From: a virus
Taxonomy: Duplodnaviria; Heunggongvirae; Uroviricota; Caudoviricetes
Virus record (IMG/VR): IMGVR_UViG_3300042868_009434
Length of the DNA stretch: 64,000 nt
Reading direction: 5' to 3' (one strand)
Under the pieces are notes generated by a model. It was not told where the DNA came from. It was given only the letters and a program-made list of their open reading frames with translations, and ran no database searches. Numbering within the stretch: position 1 is the stretch's first letter; every line of letters starts with the position of its first letter. The translations under genes were made by a program, and so were the position numbers. Shown here piece after piece: positions 8,945 to 18,689 of the stretch.

Positions 8945-10701
8945 TGGAAATTAATACTAGTATAGAATCGAAAGCGTTGTCCTTATTGGAAACCTATGAA
9001 GGTGGTAATAATTATTTAATTGAATTAAAACGTAAATCACAATTAAATAAAAAGTTTTATCCGACAAGAAGTCAATCAGAATACATTCTTAACAATCACG
9101 ATAAACAACCCAAAGTTGCAAAGAAATGGGTTGTTCTTGATGCCTACTTCGCACAGAAACTAGCCGACGATAAACTATACACTGAAATCCCACAAAAAGT
9201 TTGGGTTGAAAAACTATTATCTGATAAGGAAAAGGCGTTTCATATTTGGGGTAGAGTATTTGAAACAGAAGAACTACATCATTTTTGGTTACCAAAAGCC
9301 GCAATCATCAAAGATAATACTGTTAAAGATGTTGTAATTGATTACTCAAAATATTCTAATCGTCCACCTCTTGAACACCAAAAAGAGGCAATCCAAAAAT
9401 TAGTTGAAAATAAAAAATTTATCCTTGCCGATGATATGGGTCTTGGTAAAACAACTTCAACAATTATTGCAGGGTTAGAAACCGGTGCCAAGAAAATTTT
9501 AATTATTTGCCCGGCAACACTTAAAATTAACTGGAAGAGAGAAATTGAAAATTATTCTGACCGACCAATTTTTATTTCAGAAGGAAAACAATTTAGTACG
9601 GAACATGATTTTGTTATTGTAAATTATGATATCATGAAAAATTTTCATGACCCAAAAAAGAAAGATGAATCATTAATATTAATGTCAAAATTTGACTTAG
9701 TCATTATTGATGAAGCACACTATATTAAAAACGCCCAAGCGCAACGAACAAAACTTATCAACGACATCACAAAGAGTGTTGATAGATTATGGTTGTTAAC
9801 CGGTACACCGATGACATCTCGTCCAATAGATTATTTTAACTTACTTAGTTTAATTGATTCACCTGTTGCCAAGAATTGGATGGCATATGTTATTCGTTAT
9901 TGTGCCGGTTTTCAATTCAAAGTTGGTCCAAGAAAAATTTGGAATGTTCAAGGAGCGTCCAACCTTGAAGAATTACGAGACAGAACTGCGGGTCTTACTT
10001 TGAGAAGATTAAAAGAAAATGTTTTAGATTTACCTGATAAAATCATTACACCAGTGTATTTGAGATTGAAATCTAAAGTGTACGAAGAAGTAATGGGGGA
10101 TTACTACAATTGGTATGAAAAAAACCCTGAGGAGTCAAAATCACTTACGGTTCAGTTCACCAAGTTAACCAAAGTTCGTCAAATTATTGCTGATGAAAAA
10201 ATTTCACAAACAATTGAAATTGCTGAGAACATCATTGAACAAGACAAAAAAGTAATCATCTTTTGTAATTTTACTGATTCATTAAATAAAATTACGGAAC
10301 ACTTTGGAAAAGCTGCGGTTAAACTTGATGGGTCTATGTCAAAACATGAAAGACAATTTAGTGTTGACCAATTCCAAGAGAATGATAAAATAAAAGTATT
10401 TGTTGGAAATATCAAAGCAGCCGGTGTTGGTATTACTTTAACATCAGCAGAGGCAGTTATCTTCAATGATTTATCATTTTTACCATCCGACCACGCACAA
10501 GCAGAAGACCGAGCATACAGATATGGTCAAAAAAATAATGTATTAGTTTATTACCCAATTTTTGAAAATACGATTGAGGGAATTATTTACGACATACTCC
10601 ACAATAAAAAACAAGTTATCGCAACCGTTATGGGAGATAATCAAAATACTGCCGACGCCGCTGAAGAAATTTTAAAGAGAATTAATGAAATGCGTCGTTA
10701 A
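8944..10701 (+). CDS. SNF2-family (HARP/SMARCAL1-like) helicase/ATPase
   Basis: LADDMGLGKT (Walker A), IIDEAH (DEAH box), LTGTP, AGVGITLT and QAEDRAYRYGQ. Confidence 0.93.
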   Translation: MEINTSIESKALSLLETYEGGNNYLIELKRKSQLNKKFYPTRSQSEYILNNHDKQPKVAKKWVVLDAYFAQKLADDKLYTEIPQKVWVEKLLSDKEKAFHIWGRVFETEELHHFWLPKAAIIKDNTVKDVVIDYSKYSNRPPLEHQKEAIQKLVENKKFILADDMGLGKTTSTIIAGLETGAKKILIICPATLKINWKREIENYSDRPIFISEGKQFSTEHDFVIVNYDIMKNFHDPKKKDESLILMSKFDLVIIDEAHYIKNAQAQRTKLINDITKSVDRLWLLTGTPMTSRPIDYFNLLSLIDSPVAKNWMAYVIRYCAGFQFKVGPRKIWNVQGASNLEELRDRTAGLTLRRLKENVLDLPDKIITPVYLRLKSKVYEEVMGDYYNWYEKNPEESKSLTVQFTKLTKVRQIIADEKISQTIEIAENIIEQDKKVIIFCNFTDSLNKITEHFGKAAVKLDGSMSKHERQFSVDQFQENDKIKVFVGNIKAAGVGITLTSAEAVIFNDLSFLPSDHAQAEDRAYRYGQKNNVLVYYPIFENTIEGIIYDILHNKKQVIATVMGDNQNTADAAEEILKRINEMRR

Positions 10702-10714
10702 ACCAATTTTCGAT

Positions 10715-10721
10715 TATTTAT
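10715..10721 (+). promoter_or_regulatory. TATTTAT putative late promoter motif (SOD fusion)
   Basis: TATTTATA 23 nt upstream of the ATG. Confidence 0.5.
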
Positions 10722-10743
10722 ATGTAATGGTTAATCCAAACAT

Positions 10744-12276
10744 ATGAAAAAAATAGAACAAAAAATTAAAGAGTTAGAAACAGTAATCCTTGGAAATCAC
10801 GTATTAAAGGAACAAAGATTGTTAATAACAGAAATGAAGAAAATAGGAATTGAGAAATTACCTTATTCTTACTCAGCCTTGAAACAATTCATCGACCCCG
10901 AAACGATGGAATTTCACTACAACAAACATTACAAGGGATACGTGGATAAATTGAATGATGCTCTTTCAAAGAAAAAATACGGGGATTTAGAGTTAATTCA
11001 AATAATTAAAACAATTGATAGATTTGATAAAACAATTCGAAATAATGCCGGTGGTGCTTTCAACCACGCATTGTTTTGGAATATGTTATCTCCAAAACCA
11101 ACAAAACTTAAAGGGGAACTTTATCAAAAGATTATTAAACAATATGGTAGTTTTCCAACATTCAAAAAAGAATTTGAAAAAATTGCTAAAGAACGTTTTG
11201 GTTCAGGATGGGTGTGGCTAATAATCACCTCAAAAAATACTTTAAAAATAATGTCGACCCCTAATCAAGATAACCCATTAATGAATGTTATCGAAGGTGG
11301 TGGATTTCCAATCTTAGGATTAGATTTATGGGAACACGCATATTATCTTAAGTATAGAAACAAACGAGATGAATATATTGTAAATTTTTGGAAAGTTGTA
11401 AATTGGGATTTTGTTTCTAAATTATATGACATGAAAGTTGAAACAAAACTTCTTGAGACAAATAAAATGAAAGAGATACTAAGTGAAGGAAAATCAGAAA
11501 TGTGTTCATCATCTGAAAATGAATTTTATAGAACTTTATTCAACACTAATCAAGATGTTAAATGGATTTACATGAATGGTATAAATAAAATAATGAGAGA
11601 TGTATTTTCTGAAAATTTTGTAGAAAATCCGGGTAATAACCAAATGTCAGGTGTTTATGAGTTAGAAGGACCGGGTCGGTCAGTAATCAATAAATTAAAC
11701 ACAAATTACACATCATTCTGTATTTTATTAAATGATGTAAATCAAGTTATTAAAAAATTAACAAAAAAACCACCAATTGATTTTAGAAATAAGAACACAG
11801 AAGAACAAAAGAAAGAGGCTTCAAGATTTATTTCGGCAATTAATCATTATAAATTTCAAATATTTAATCGAGAAAGTTCAACATTTCAAAACCTATTAAG
11901 AGTTTTAATTGAAAAGAACGCCGCAGGTTCAAAACGTGAAGAAATAACTGCGTCAATATTAAGAAGATATTTTGGTAAAGATGTTAAAATTGAAATCGTT
12001 GGAGAACTTGGAAGTAAAAAAGACGCTATTAGTGGTGTTGATTTAGAGATAACCAAAGATGGTGTAACCAAAACCGCACAAGTTAAACCTTTCCGAGAAA
12101 AAAAGATAACAGATGATGGTATCTTACTTGAAGGAACAGCAAGTGTTAAGATTTATAAAACCGATTTAATGATTTTTCAAAAAGGGAAAAATGTTTTAGT
12201 TTTTGATAAAAAACCAATAATAGTTAATGGTAATTTCCTTTTTCCATTAGACTCATTATTATATGATATACAATAA
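10744..12276 (+). CDS. sodA: Mn/cambialistic-type superoxide dismutase fused to a C-terminal PD-(D/E)xK-like domain
   Basis: Metal-ligand motifs HYNKH, GGAFNH, FGSGW, NQD and DLWEHAYY. An extra C-terminal region of about 270 aa carries D-AISG-VD-LEI...QVK. Confidence 0.85.
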   Translation: MKKIEQKIKELETVILGNHVLKEQRLLITEMKKIGIEKLPYSYSALKQFIDPETMEFHYNKHYKGYVDKLNDALSKKKYGDLELIQIIKTIDRFDKTIRNNAGGAFNHALFWNMLSPKPTKLKGELYQKIIKQYGSFPTFKKEFEKIAKERFGSGWVWLIITSKNTLKIMSTPNQDNPLMNVIEGGGFPILGLDLWEHAYYLKYRNKRDEYIVNFWKVVNWDFVSKLYDMKVETKLLETNKMKEILSEGKSEMCSSSENEFYRTLFNTNQDVKWIYMNGINKIMRDVFSENFVENPGNNQMSGVYELEGPGRSVINKLNTNYTSFCILLNDVNQVIKKLTKKPPIDFRNKNTEEQKKEASRFISAINHYKFQIFNRESSTFQNLLRVLIEKNAAGSKREEITASILRRYFGKDVKIEIVGELGSKKDAISGVDLEITKDGVTKTAQVKPFREKKITDDGILLEGTASVKIYKTDLMIFQKGKNVLVFDKKPIIVNGNFLFPLDSLLYDIQ

Positions 12277-12288
12277 CGTTTAACAATA

Positions 12289-12295
12289 TATTTAT
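12289..12295 (+). promoter_or_regulatory. TATTTAT putative late promoter motif (neck gp13)
   Basis: TATTTATA, with the ATG at 12300 only 4 nt after TATTTAT. Confidence 0.55.
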
Positions 12296-12299
12296 AGTT

Positions 12300-13427
12300 A
12301 TGGCAGTTATACCGGAACCAGAAAGAAGTAAAATTTATACGAGAGTCAAACATCAATTAGGTGCACCACTTAGAAGTGTGGAACTTGAAGATGAAATGAT
12401 GGACTCGTTAATGGAATTATCTATAGGTGACTATGAAGAATATGTTCTTCAATGGTTAATAGATAGTCAATGGGTTAATTTAGTTAACCTAAACATGAAT
12501 GAGAAATCAGTTGCAAAAGCGTTGATTACTCGAACAATGGATTTTGAACAACAATTTAGTTATTCATATTCAAAAATTGTAGGTCTTCAAACAGAAGGTC
12601 CATGGGTTTTGAAAAAAGATTATTTCATCTTAAGTGCAAATACTCAAACATACGAAATCCCTGCAGGTCGTGAGGTTAATGAATTATTATGGTTTAGTGA
12701 TAGACCATGGAATGCATTTGGATTAGGTGCCGCTGCTGGTGGATTTGGTGCAGGTATAGGTCTTGGAGCTAATGAGGCGGGATTCGCTCAAATGGGGAAT
12801 CAAGGTTCTTACTTTATGATGTCAGGGTTTGATTATCTTGTGAGAATGCAAGAAGCAAATGTTTTAAGTAGAATTTTAGGAGGTTCACTTACCTATAGAA
12901 TTACCGGATTACCTGATGGTAAGAAAAATATTCATCTATACAATACACCGGGAGGAAGATTTAATTGGAATAATATTAACGGTTATGTGGGTAAAGCGGT
13001 GTGGTATTGGTATTATGATGTATCCCCTGATAATAGAGCTGATTGTTTAAAAAATAATCCTGACGTTATTAAATTACCTTCGGATGTTCCAATGGATAAT
13101 TTATCTTGGGAAGATTTAAACATACCGGGTCAACAATGGGTTAGAAGATGGTTCACAGCATATTGTAAAGAAACGTTGGCAAGAGTTAGAGGAAAATATA
13201 GTGGTAATCTTAAAACACCTGATAGTGAATTAACTATGGACTATACATCCTTATTAACTGAATCAAAAGATGAAAAAACTAAATTAATTGAAGAATTAAC
13301 AGGAGCTGAAGGATGGTTAACAAGATTAAGACCAGAAAAAGTAATGGAACGAGAGGCGTTAATTGCAGAAAACTTAAACAAACAAATGAAATTTAGAGCG
13401 ATGCCTCGACAAATTTACGTAATATAA
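12300..13427 (+). CDS. gp13: Neck / head-tail adaptor protein (T4 gp13-like)
   Basis: QLGAPLRSVELEDEMMD N-terminal motif; C-terminal AYCKETLARVRGKYSG...D...L..E..DEK..L.EEL. Confidence 0.75.
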   Translation: MAVIPEPERSKIYTRVKHQLGAPLRSVELEDEMMDSLMELSIGDYEEYVLQWLIDSQWVNLVNLNMNEKSVAKALITRTMDFEQQFSYSYSKIVGLQTEGPWVLKKDYFILSANTQTYEIPAGREVNELLWFSDRPWNAFGLGAAAGGFGAGIGLGANEAGFAQMGNQGSYFMMSGFDYLVRMQEANVLSRILGGSLTYRITGLPDGKKNIHLYNTPGGRFNWNNINGYVGKAVWYWYYDVSPDNRADCLKNNPDVIKLPSDVPMDNLSWEDLNIPGQQWVRRWFTAYCKETLARVRGKYSGNLKTPDSELTMDYTSLLTESKDEKTKLIEELTGAEGWLTRLRPEKVMEREALIAENLNKQMKFRAMPRQIYVI

Positions 13428-13428
13428 T

Positions 13429-13764
13429 ATGGCAATAATTAAATCAATACCCTCAAGAAAAATAATAAACGGATTAATAATCGATTCTTCAGAAATTTCT
13501 GTAGTATCAGAATTAGATTATAAAACCAATGGTGAAAGTTGTATTATTGTTAGAGGAGTATCTCAATCAGTAATCACTTTAAACTCAATAACAACTGACC
13601 ATGTTGTTATTAAATCAATGACTAAAGTCACAATTAAACCTGATGTCGGAAAAATAGATGAAGATTATGATGAATTAGTTGCTGACCAATATGCATGTAT
13701 CGAATTTAGATTTGTTGGTGGTAATTGGTATATTCTGTCATCCGATGGTTTAAAACAATCATAA
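13429..13764 (+). CDS. Hypothetical protein, probably virion-associated
   Basis: Translationally coupled to gp13; beta-rich, ending FRFVGGNWYILSSDG. Confidence 0.45.
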   Translation: MAIIKSIPSRKIINGLIIDSSEISVVSELDYKTNGESCIIVRGVSQSVITLNSITTDHVVIKSMTKVTIKPDVGKIDEDYDELVADQYACIEFRFVGGNWYILSSDGLKQS

Positions 13765-13769
13765 AAAAC

Positions 13770-13796
13770 AAAAGTGGTCCTAAGACCACTTTTTTT
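13770..13796. terminator. Bidirectional terminator between convergent genes
   Basis: AAAAGTGGTC-CTAA-GACCACTTTT. Confidence 0.8.
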
Positions 13797-16521
13797 ATGC
13801 AATTACCCCTAATTTTTCTTCCCAACCCTCTTCGGCTAAGTCGTACATATAATCAGGTGATAAACCTCGTTTTTCCCAATATTTTAATTCTTGTTCTGTA
13901 ACATCAAGAACATCTTCTTGTAATCTGTCTTGAGACCCTTCATCCAATGGATGTCCGTTTATCAACTCACATTGTGATTTTGTAAAGATACCTCTCTTTT
14001 CGGGGTCATTAACTAATAAGTTGTTTCTAACTTCATCTTGGAAAACTACCATTAAAGGTTGTAATTTCTTATTGAATGTGGTTACCGCTCTTGCAACGTT
14101 ATAGTCCCCTTTTAAATCAGGGTTATCATCTAAGATATTCTTATCTAACATATAACAATTTAATTGTAATCCATCACCTTTTTTCTGTACATCACCATGA
14201 GACGCTCTTAACCCATTATTAACATACATAATCACATCCCCCAAGTTAACTTTTAAGTTTTCTTGTAATGCTAATTCCATATGCGCCATTCTTGACATAC
14301 TATTACCTGACTTTGTTTTAGTGGATAATCGTTTTTTATAATCATCTAATGATAATTTAACTCTCGCTCTTTGGGCCACCTTACTTAAAGATATTTCTTT
14401 ATCGTAAATCTTTTGTAGGTATTCATAATAATATTCAACAAACGCCTGTCCATTCCCTTCTAATAATAACTTAATCCCTTTATCTAAAAACTCCTCAATG
14501 TACAGCGGTAGTTTTTTAGATTTAATTGAGTTACCGGTAAGTTTTATTTTACCTTTAGAATCCATAACCGCATAATTCTTACGAGCTAAGTTAATAGTTG
14601 AGGGCCAAACACCGTCAGTATCAAGTGCCATCTCACCTCTCATAAAAACATCATTATACTCTGCAACATCAGCCTCAGGTCCATAATATTCTTTACCTTC
14701 TTTAACCTTCCAATTCAATCCACGACCAACATAAACTCGGTCATTTGCTTCATCCGGTGTGGAGAAGTTAACACCATCCGTATCCATTACTAACGGGGTG
14801 TATCCTTTTGACATAAAGAACTTAATCATTTGACGAAGATATTGTCTACCGGTACAGGTAATCTGTTCTCCCATATACATATCACCCCAAGCATATACCT
14901 GTGGTGCTGATAATGCTCCGAACATCGAGTTAATGAAAATCTTAATCGGTAATTGTTTATTACCATATGATTCTGATTTCGCCCTGTCTGTTTCGTAAAA
15001 CTCCTCAGCCAATTGTTTGTATTTAATACGAGTATTACGGAAGTAAGTTAACATACCTTTCATTGCTCCTGTTACATCACAATCAGGGAATACATCGTGT
15101 ACCAACTGAATTGAGGGATATAGGGAACTAAAATCGAGTTTTAGGACATTCTTACTATAACCAACTTTTAATAGTCTTGAAAGACCTCCTACAAAGTCAG
15201 TCTTAGATTCTTTTGCAGGTATCGCAATTCCATGTTTATAAGACCAAGCTAACATTAACATTTTCCATAATGTTGCAGTACCCATAGTTGAAACCCTTTC
15301 ATATGTTGTTGGAATCATTGCCGCCAACAAGAATGAACCTTGGTTAAACTCTTGGTCAACCTTAAGGGTTTCATCTAAGTCATCGTCAAGATACCTCTCA
15401 ACTAACTTATCTCCTGTAGTTTTTTCATAAGTGTCAGTTCTTCTCCCACAAATTTCATCAATCTTAGAATCAACACCAACTTTCTTGTAGTTACCGTTAG
15501 TTTTGTTTAACCAAAAATCTTCTTTGTTTGCATAAAATGGACCAATATCCAAGTGGTCAATATAAACACGACTTGGAGATTCCGCATTAATATACTTGGT
15601 AATGTATTTCAAACCAGCCGCTTTAATACTTGAGTTGATTGCTTGAGCTCTACGAACCGCATGGATAATGTCAATCACATTATACCCCCAAATAGAAGTT
15701 TGAGTATAAGTCTCAACCTCATTTGCCAATTTTAACATACCATCTTTACGAGTATATGAATGATTAGGGTTTAATGATTTACAAACTTTCTTTAAATCAA
15801 TTCCTAATATCTTACTTCTTTCAAATATCCAATGCCAGTCAAAGTTTGCTGAGTTATACCCACCAATAATAGATGGTTTAAGTTCGTTAATTACTTTGAA
15901 GAATTCGATGATAGCACCCTTTTCTTCATTTTCATCAGTACATTCGATTACTCTATGGTAACCTTTATTGGTTTTAATTCCAATCATGAAGATACGACCG
16001 TCCTTAGGTTCAAGTGAGGTCGTCTCCAAGTCATATACCATTCGAGTAACCTCGTTATAGTTTTCAAACCCTTTAAATAATCTCTTTTCTTTGGATACAA
16101 GGTATTGTTCTACCGGAGATAGAAGTGTTATCTTATCCTTAGCTTTATCACCCCATGGGTCACATCCACCATCCCTAAAGAATTGGATAAGTTCTCGGTA
16201 CCCTTTCATAGATTTAACTATAAAGGTCAAACCTTTTTCAAGACGTTCGTTTCCATGAGTTTCTAATTTCTCAATTAGAATCCCATACTTGGTCATCGCC
16301 TCTTTCTGAACGGCTTTCGAGTCGTTATAAAATTTTAGATTTTTTAAATCACCTACCCAAGCGAACGGGGTAAAAGTGTCTTTACGGATTTCTTTCCCTT
16401 TTCCGGGAATCTCCTTAATTTTGTAGATACAGTTGTCTCGGTAATCATACTCGATGGCAACTATAAATTCTTCCGGGTCATTCCCATGTAGGAATGACTC
16501 AATTTCTTCACTGTTAATCAT
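13795..16521 (-). CDS. polB: DNA polymerase family B
   Basis: ExoI YDLET, ExoII YNSANFD, motif A DFSSLYPS, motif B KIFINSMFG and motif C MDTDG. No intein is evident. Confidence 0.96.
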   Translation of the reverse strand: MINSEEIESFLHGNDPEEFIVAIEYDYRDNCIYKIKEIPGKGKEIRKDTFTPFAWVGDLKNLKFYNDSKAVQKEAMTKYGILIEKLETHGNERLEKGLTFIVKSMKGYRELIQFFRDGGCDPWGDKAKDKITLLSPVEQYLVSKEKRLFKGFENYNEVTRMVYDLETTSLEPKDGRIFMIGIKTNKGYHRVIECTDENEEKGAIIEFFKVINELKPSIIGGYNSANFDWHWIFERSKILGIDLKKVCKSLNPNHSYTRKDGMLKLANEVETYTQTSIWGYNVIDIIHAVRRAQAINSSIKAAGLKYITKYINAESPSRVYIDHLDIGPFYANKEDFWLNKTNGNYKKVGVDSKIDEICGRRTDTYEKTTGDKLVERYLDDDLDETLKVDQEFNQGSFLLAAMIPTTYERVSTMGTATLWKMLMLAWSYKHGIAIPAKESKTDFVGGLSRLLKVGYSKNVLKLDFSSLYPSIQLVHDVFPDCDVTGAMKGMLTYFRNTRIKYKQLAEEFYETDRAKSESYGNKQLPIKIFINSMFGALSAPQVYAWGDMYMGEQITCTGRQYLRQMIKFFMSKGYTPLVMDTDGVNFSTPDEANDRVYVGRGLNWKVKEGKEYYGPEADVAEYNDVFMRGEMALDTDGVWPSTINLARKNYAVMDSKGKIKLTGNSIKSKKLPLYIEEFLDKGIKLLLEGNGQAFVEYYYEYLQKIYDKEISLSKVAQRARVKLSLDDYKKRLSTKTKSGNSMSRMAHMELALQENLKVNLGDVIMYVNNGLRASHGDVQKKGDGLQLNCYMLDKNILDDNPDLKGDYNVARAVTTFNKKLQPLMVVFQDEVRNNLLVNDPEKRGIFTKSQCELINGHPLDEGSQDRLQEDVLDVTEQELKYWEKRGLSPDYMYDLAEEGWEEKLGVIA

Positions 16522-16587
16522 ATGTTTTATTTAGGAGTGGTTTATTGGCAATCACTTAGTTGTGAAGTTTACCTTACTCATCGTAAA

Positions 16588-16618
16588 TAAATATAATTAA
16601 ATTAAATCAAGAATCAAA
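16588..16618 (-). promoter_or_regulatory. Bacteroidota-type promoter of polB (one mismatch)
   Basis: Minus strand TTTG-N19-TATATTTA. Confidence 0.5.
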
Positions 16619-16996
16619 TTAACAACAAGCAGTTTCTGAAATAAAACTTGGTTGGACATTAATATAAAGTTCTTCTCTAATTGGAAGAATTAAATTACCT
16701 TCGTCATTCTTAATTAAGAATTGACCCTCATATCTACCAGGAGTGTTAGTATCTCGGGAGGTAAATTTAAAATAGATATAATATTCAGGGTCGGCACCGT
16801 CAGGTAAGATTAAATTAACAATTTCGGCGGGAGCGGATACTATTTTAGGAATACCCGTCTCCACGTCAATCATTGTAAAAAATATTGTAGATACCTCTAA
16901 ATCTTGCATAAGTTGTTGATATCCGGCTCTACCGTCCTTAACAACTTGCATTTTTAATACAGGTAATGTTGCGTTTTGTTTGATGTAAAATTCCAT
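16619..16996 (-). CDS. BppU-like N-terminal domain virion protein
   Basis: MEFYIKQNATLPVLKMQV...DT.TPGRYEGQFLI pattern. The start was reassigned to 16996 because TATTTAT lies at 17001-17007 and the track start overlaps the upstream gene. Confidence 0.55.
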   Translation of the reverse strand: MEFYIKQNATLPVLKMQVVKDGRAGYQQLMQDLEVSTIFFTMIDVETGIPKIVSAPAEIVNLILPDGADPEYYIYFKFTSRDTNTPGRYEGQFLIKNDEGNLILPIREELYINVQPSFISETACC

Positions 16997-17012
16997 AACA
17001 ATAAATATATCG

Positions 17013-18689
17013 TTATGACTCTTTACGTAACTCTCCTTCGTAATGTTCGAATCTATCGTGTTCAGTTGGGGATAAAAGTAATAAACCCGATGACAATTCA
17101 CCCTTTTTAGTTAATTGATACATATGACTCATCCATGTTTGTTCAAATGGATGTGCCCATGTTGTGTCCAAAAACATTTTTTTATTTCCTGGTCTACTAA
17201 CAATTTGAGGCCAGTTACAATAATAAACTTCACCGGAACCATATGGTAAACCTTTGTGAGATAAAATTGATGAAAATTTAGTTTTTGGTGCGTTAGGGTC
17301 TAACCCAAGATGAGGTAATGATGATTTTTCAGGCCAAAACTCTTCTCTAACTGATTGAGGTACGTTATACCAAGACCATTGGGTTCCATTATCTCCATAA
17401 AATTCAGAATAATTAAGTTTTAAAAAATCAAAATTTTCTTTTTTAATTATTTCTAATGATTTGGTGTACAAATTTGGTACATATCTATTAAACCCATTTC
17501 GACAAACAGAACCTTCATTAGGGAAGAAAAACATATCGTCTTCAAAAAATAAATAATAATCTAAATCTGTCGTTTCAAAATGTTCGGCAATCCATTGTCT
17601 ACCACCACAAATTCCAAGATTTTCTTTTTTTATGTGTTCAAATCCGTGTTCTTCACATAATTTCAAGTATTCCTCTGTTGTTGATAAATCTGTTGAATTA
17701 TCCAACAAATATTTCTTAGTCTTTAACAAATAATCATTATCATAAACTTCAAATGATTTAATTAAAGTTTTAAATTGATTTGGACTATTAAAAGTTAAAA
17801 CATAAAGTCCAACTTTATTTGTGTCTAAATTATTTTCAACACTAACTTTAGATTCATTTTTTGGTATTAAGTTATCATCTTTTAAATCTTCAAAAAACTT
17901 TCCAACCAACCCACTGGACTCAATTTCAAAATAGTTAATTAAATCAGAATGTTTGTAAGACATTATACTAAAGATTGATTCTTCAGTACCCATATAACCT
18001 TCATTAAGAGTAGATTTTAATAAACCATAATAAATTCCGTTAATATCTGTTATAGTACTTTTAGGTCCTCCAAAAAATCCTCCTCGAGAAACTCTTGTAA
18101 CCTTATCACCAGCAATTGAATTTAATTTATTATACTCAAAACCATGTATTTCACTTTCAGCCCCATAAGGAAAACTTATAAATGAAAATTTTGAAATATA
18201 CTTAGAAAGTTTATCAAGAACTTTATCATGAGTAAAATAACCCGGATGAACTGTATTGGTTAAACCTCCATCAATCCAAAACATATATTCTGAATCAAAT
18301 TTATCAAATATTTTTGCATCGTGTAAAAGAAAAACTTTTGACATTACCAATGGGTTATAATTTTCTAATCTAGACTGAGTAGAATCTTTTAACCACCCAA
18401 CTTGATTATACCAATCAGGGTTTGTTCTAATATTTTGAATTAATGGAAAAAATTCAGAATCGGTAAACCATTTTAAAGGTCTTTCAATAAACTGAGTATT
18501 TGATTCATTTCTTTTTCTAAAAACAAATTCTTTAAGTTCGTTATCCCCAAAGATTATCATATTTTCCTGAACATCTAAAAGTTGTTCAAATTTATCTAAA
18601 TAATGTTGGTACGACCTTGACCATCCTTCGGTTAAATTCTCTCTACCAATATCCCATATTCCTGTTACTAACGTTATATTATTCATCAA
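17013..18689 (-). CDS. WlaTC/HtrL-family glycosyltransferase fused to a GT-A-like domain
   Basis: ITLVTGIWDIGR, FWIDGG, GGFFGG and GTEE HtrL motifs; second domain with FFEDD. Confidence 0.75.
   Translation of the reverse strand: MMNNITLVTGIWDIGRENLTEGWSRSYQHYLDKFEQLLDVQENMIIFGDNELKEFVFRKRNESNTQFIERPLKWFTDSEFFPLIQNIRTNPDWYNQVGWLKDSTQSRLENYNPLVMSKVFLLHDAKIFDKFDSEYMFWIDGGLTNTVHPGYFTHDKVLDKLSKYISKFSFISFPYGAESEIHGFEYNKLNSIAGDKVTRVSRGGFFGGPKSTITDINGIYYGLLKSTLNEGYMGTEESIFSIMSYKHSDLINYFEIESSGLVGKFFEDLKDDNLIPKNESKVSVENNLDTNKVGLYVLTFNSPNQFKTLIKSFEVYDNDYLLKTKKYLLDNSTDLSTTEEYLKLCEEHGFEHIKKENLGICGGRQWIAEHFETTDLDYYLFFEDDMFFFPNEGSVCRNGFNRYVPNLYTKSLEIIKKENFDFLKLNYSEFYGDNGTQWSWYNVPQSVREEFWPEKSSLPHLGLDPNAPKTKFSSILSHKGLPYGSGEVYYCNWPQIVSRPGNKKMFLDTTWAHPFEQTWMSHMYQLTKKGELSSGLLLLSPTEHDRFEHYEGELRKES

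Noticed and set aside
13795-16521. Intein or intron in DNA polymerase or other core genes
   Set aside because: The length is ordinary, the motifs are collinear, and no splicing or homing-endonuclease motifs were seen.
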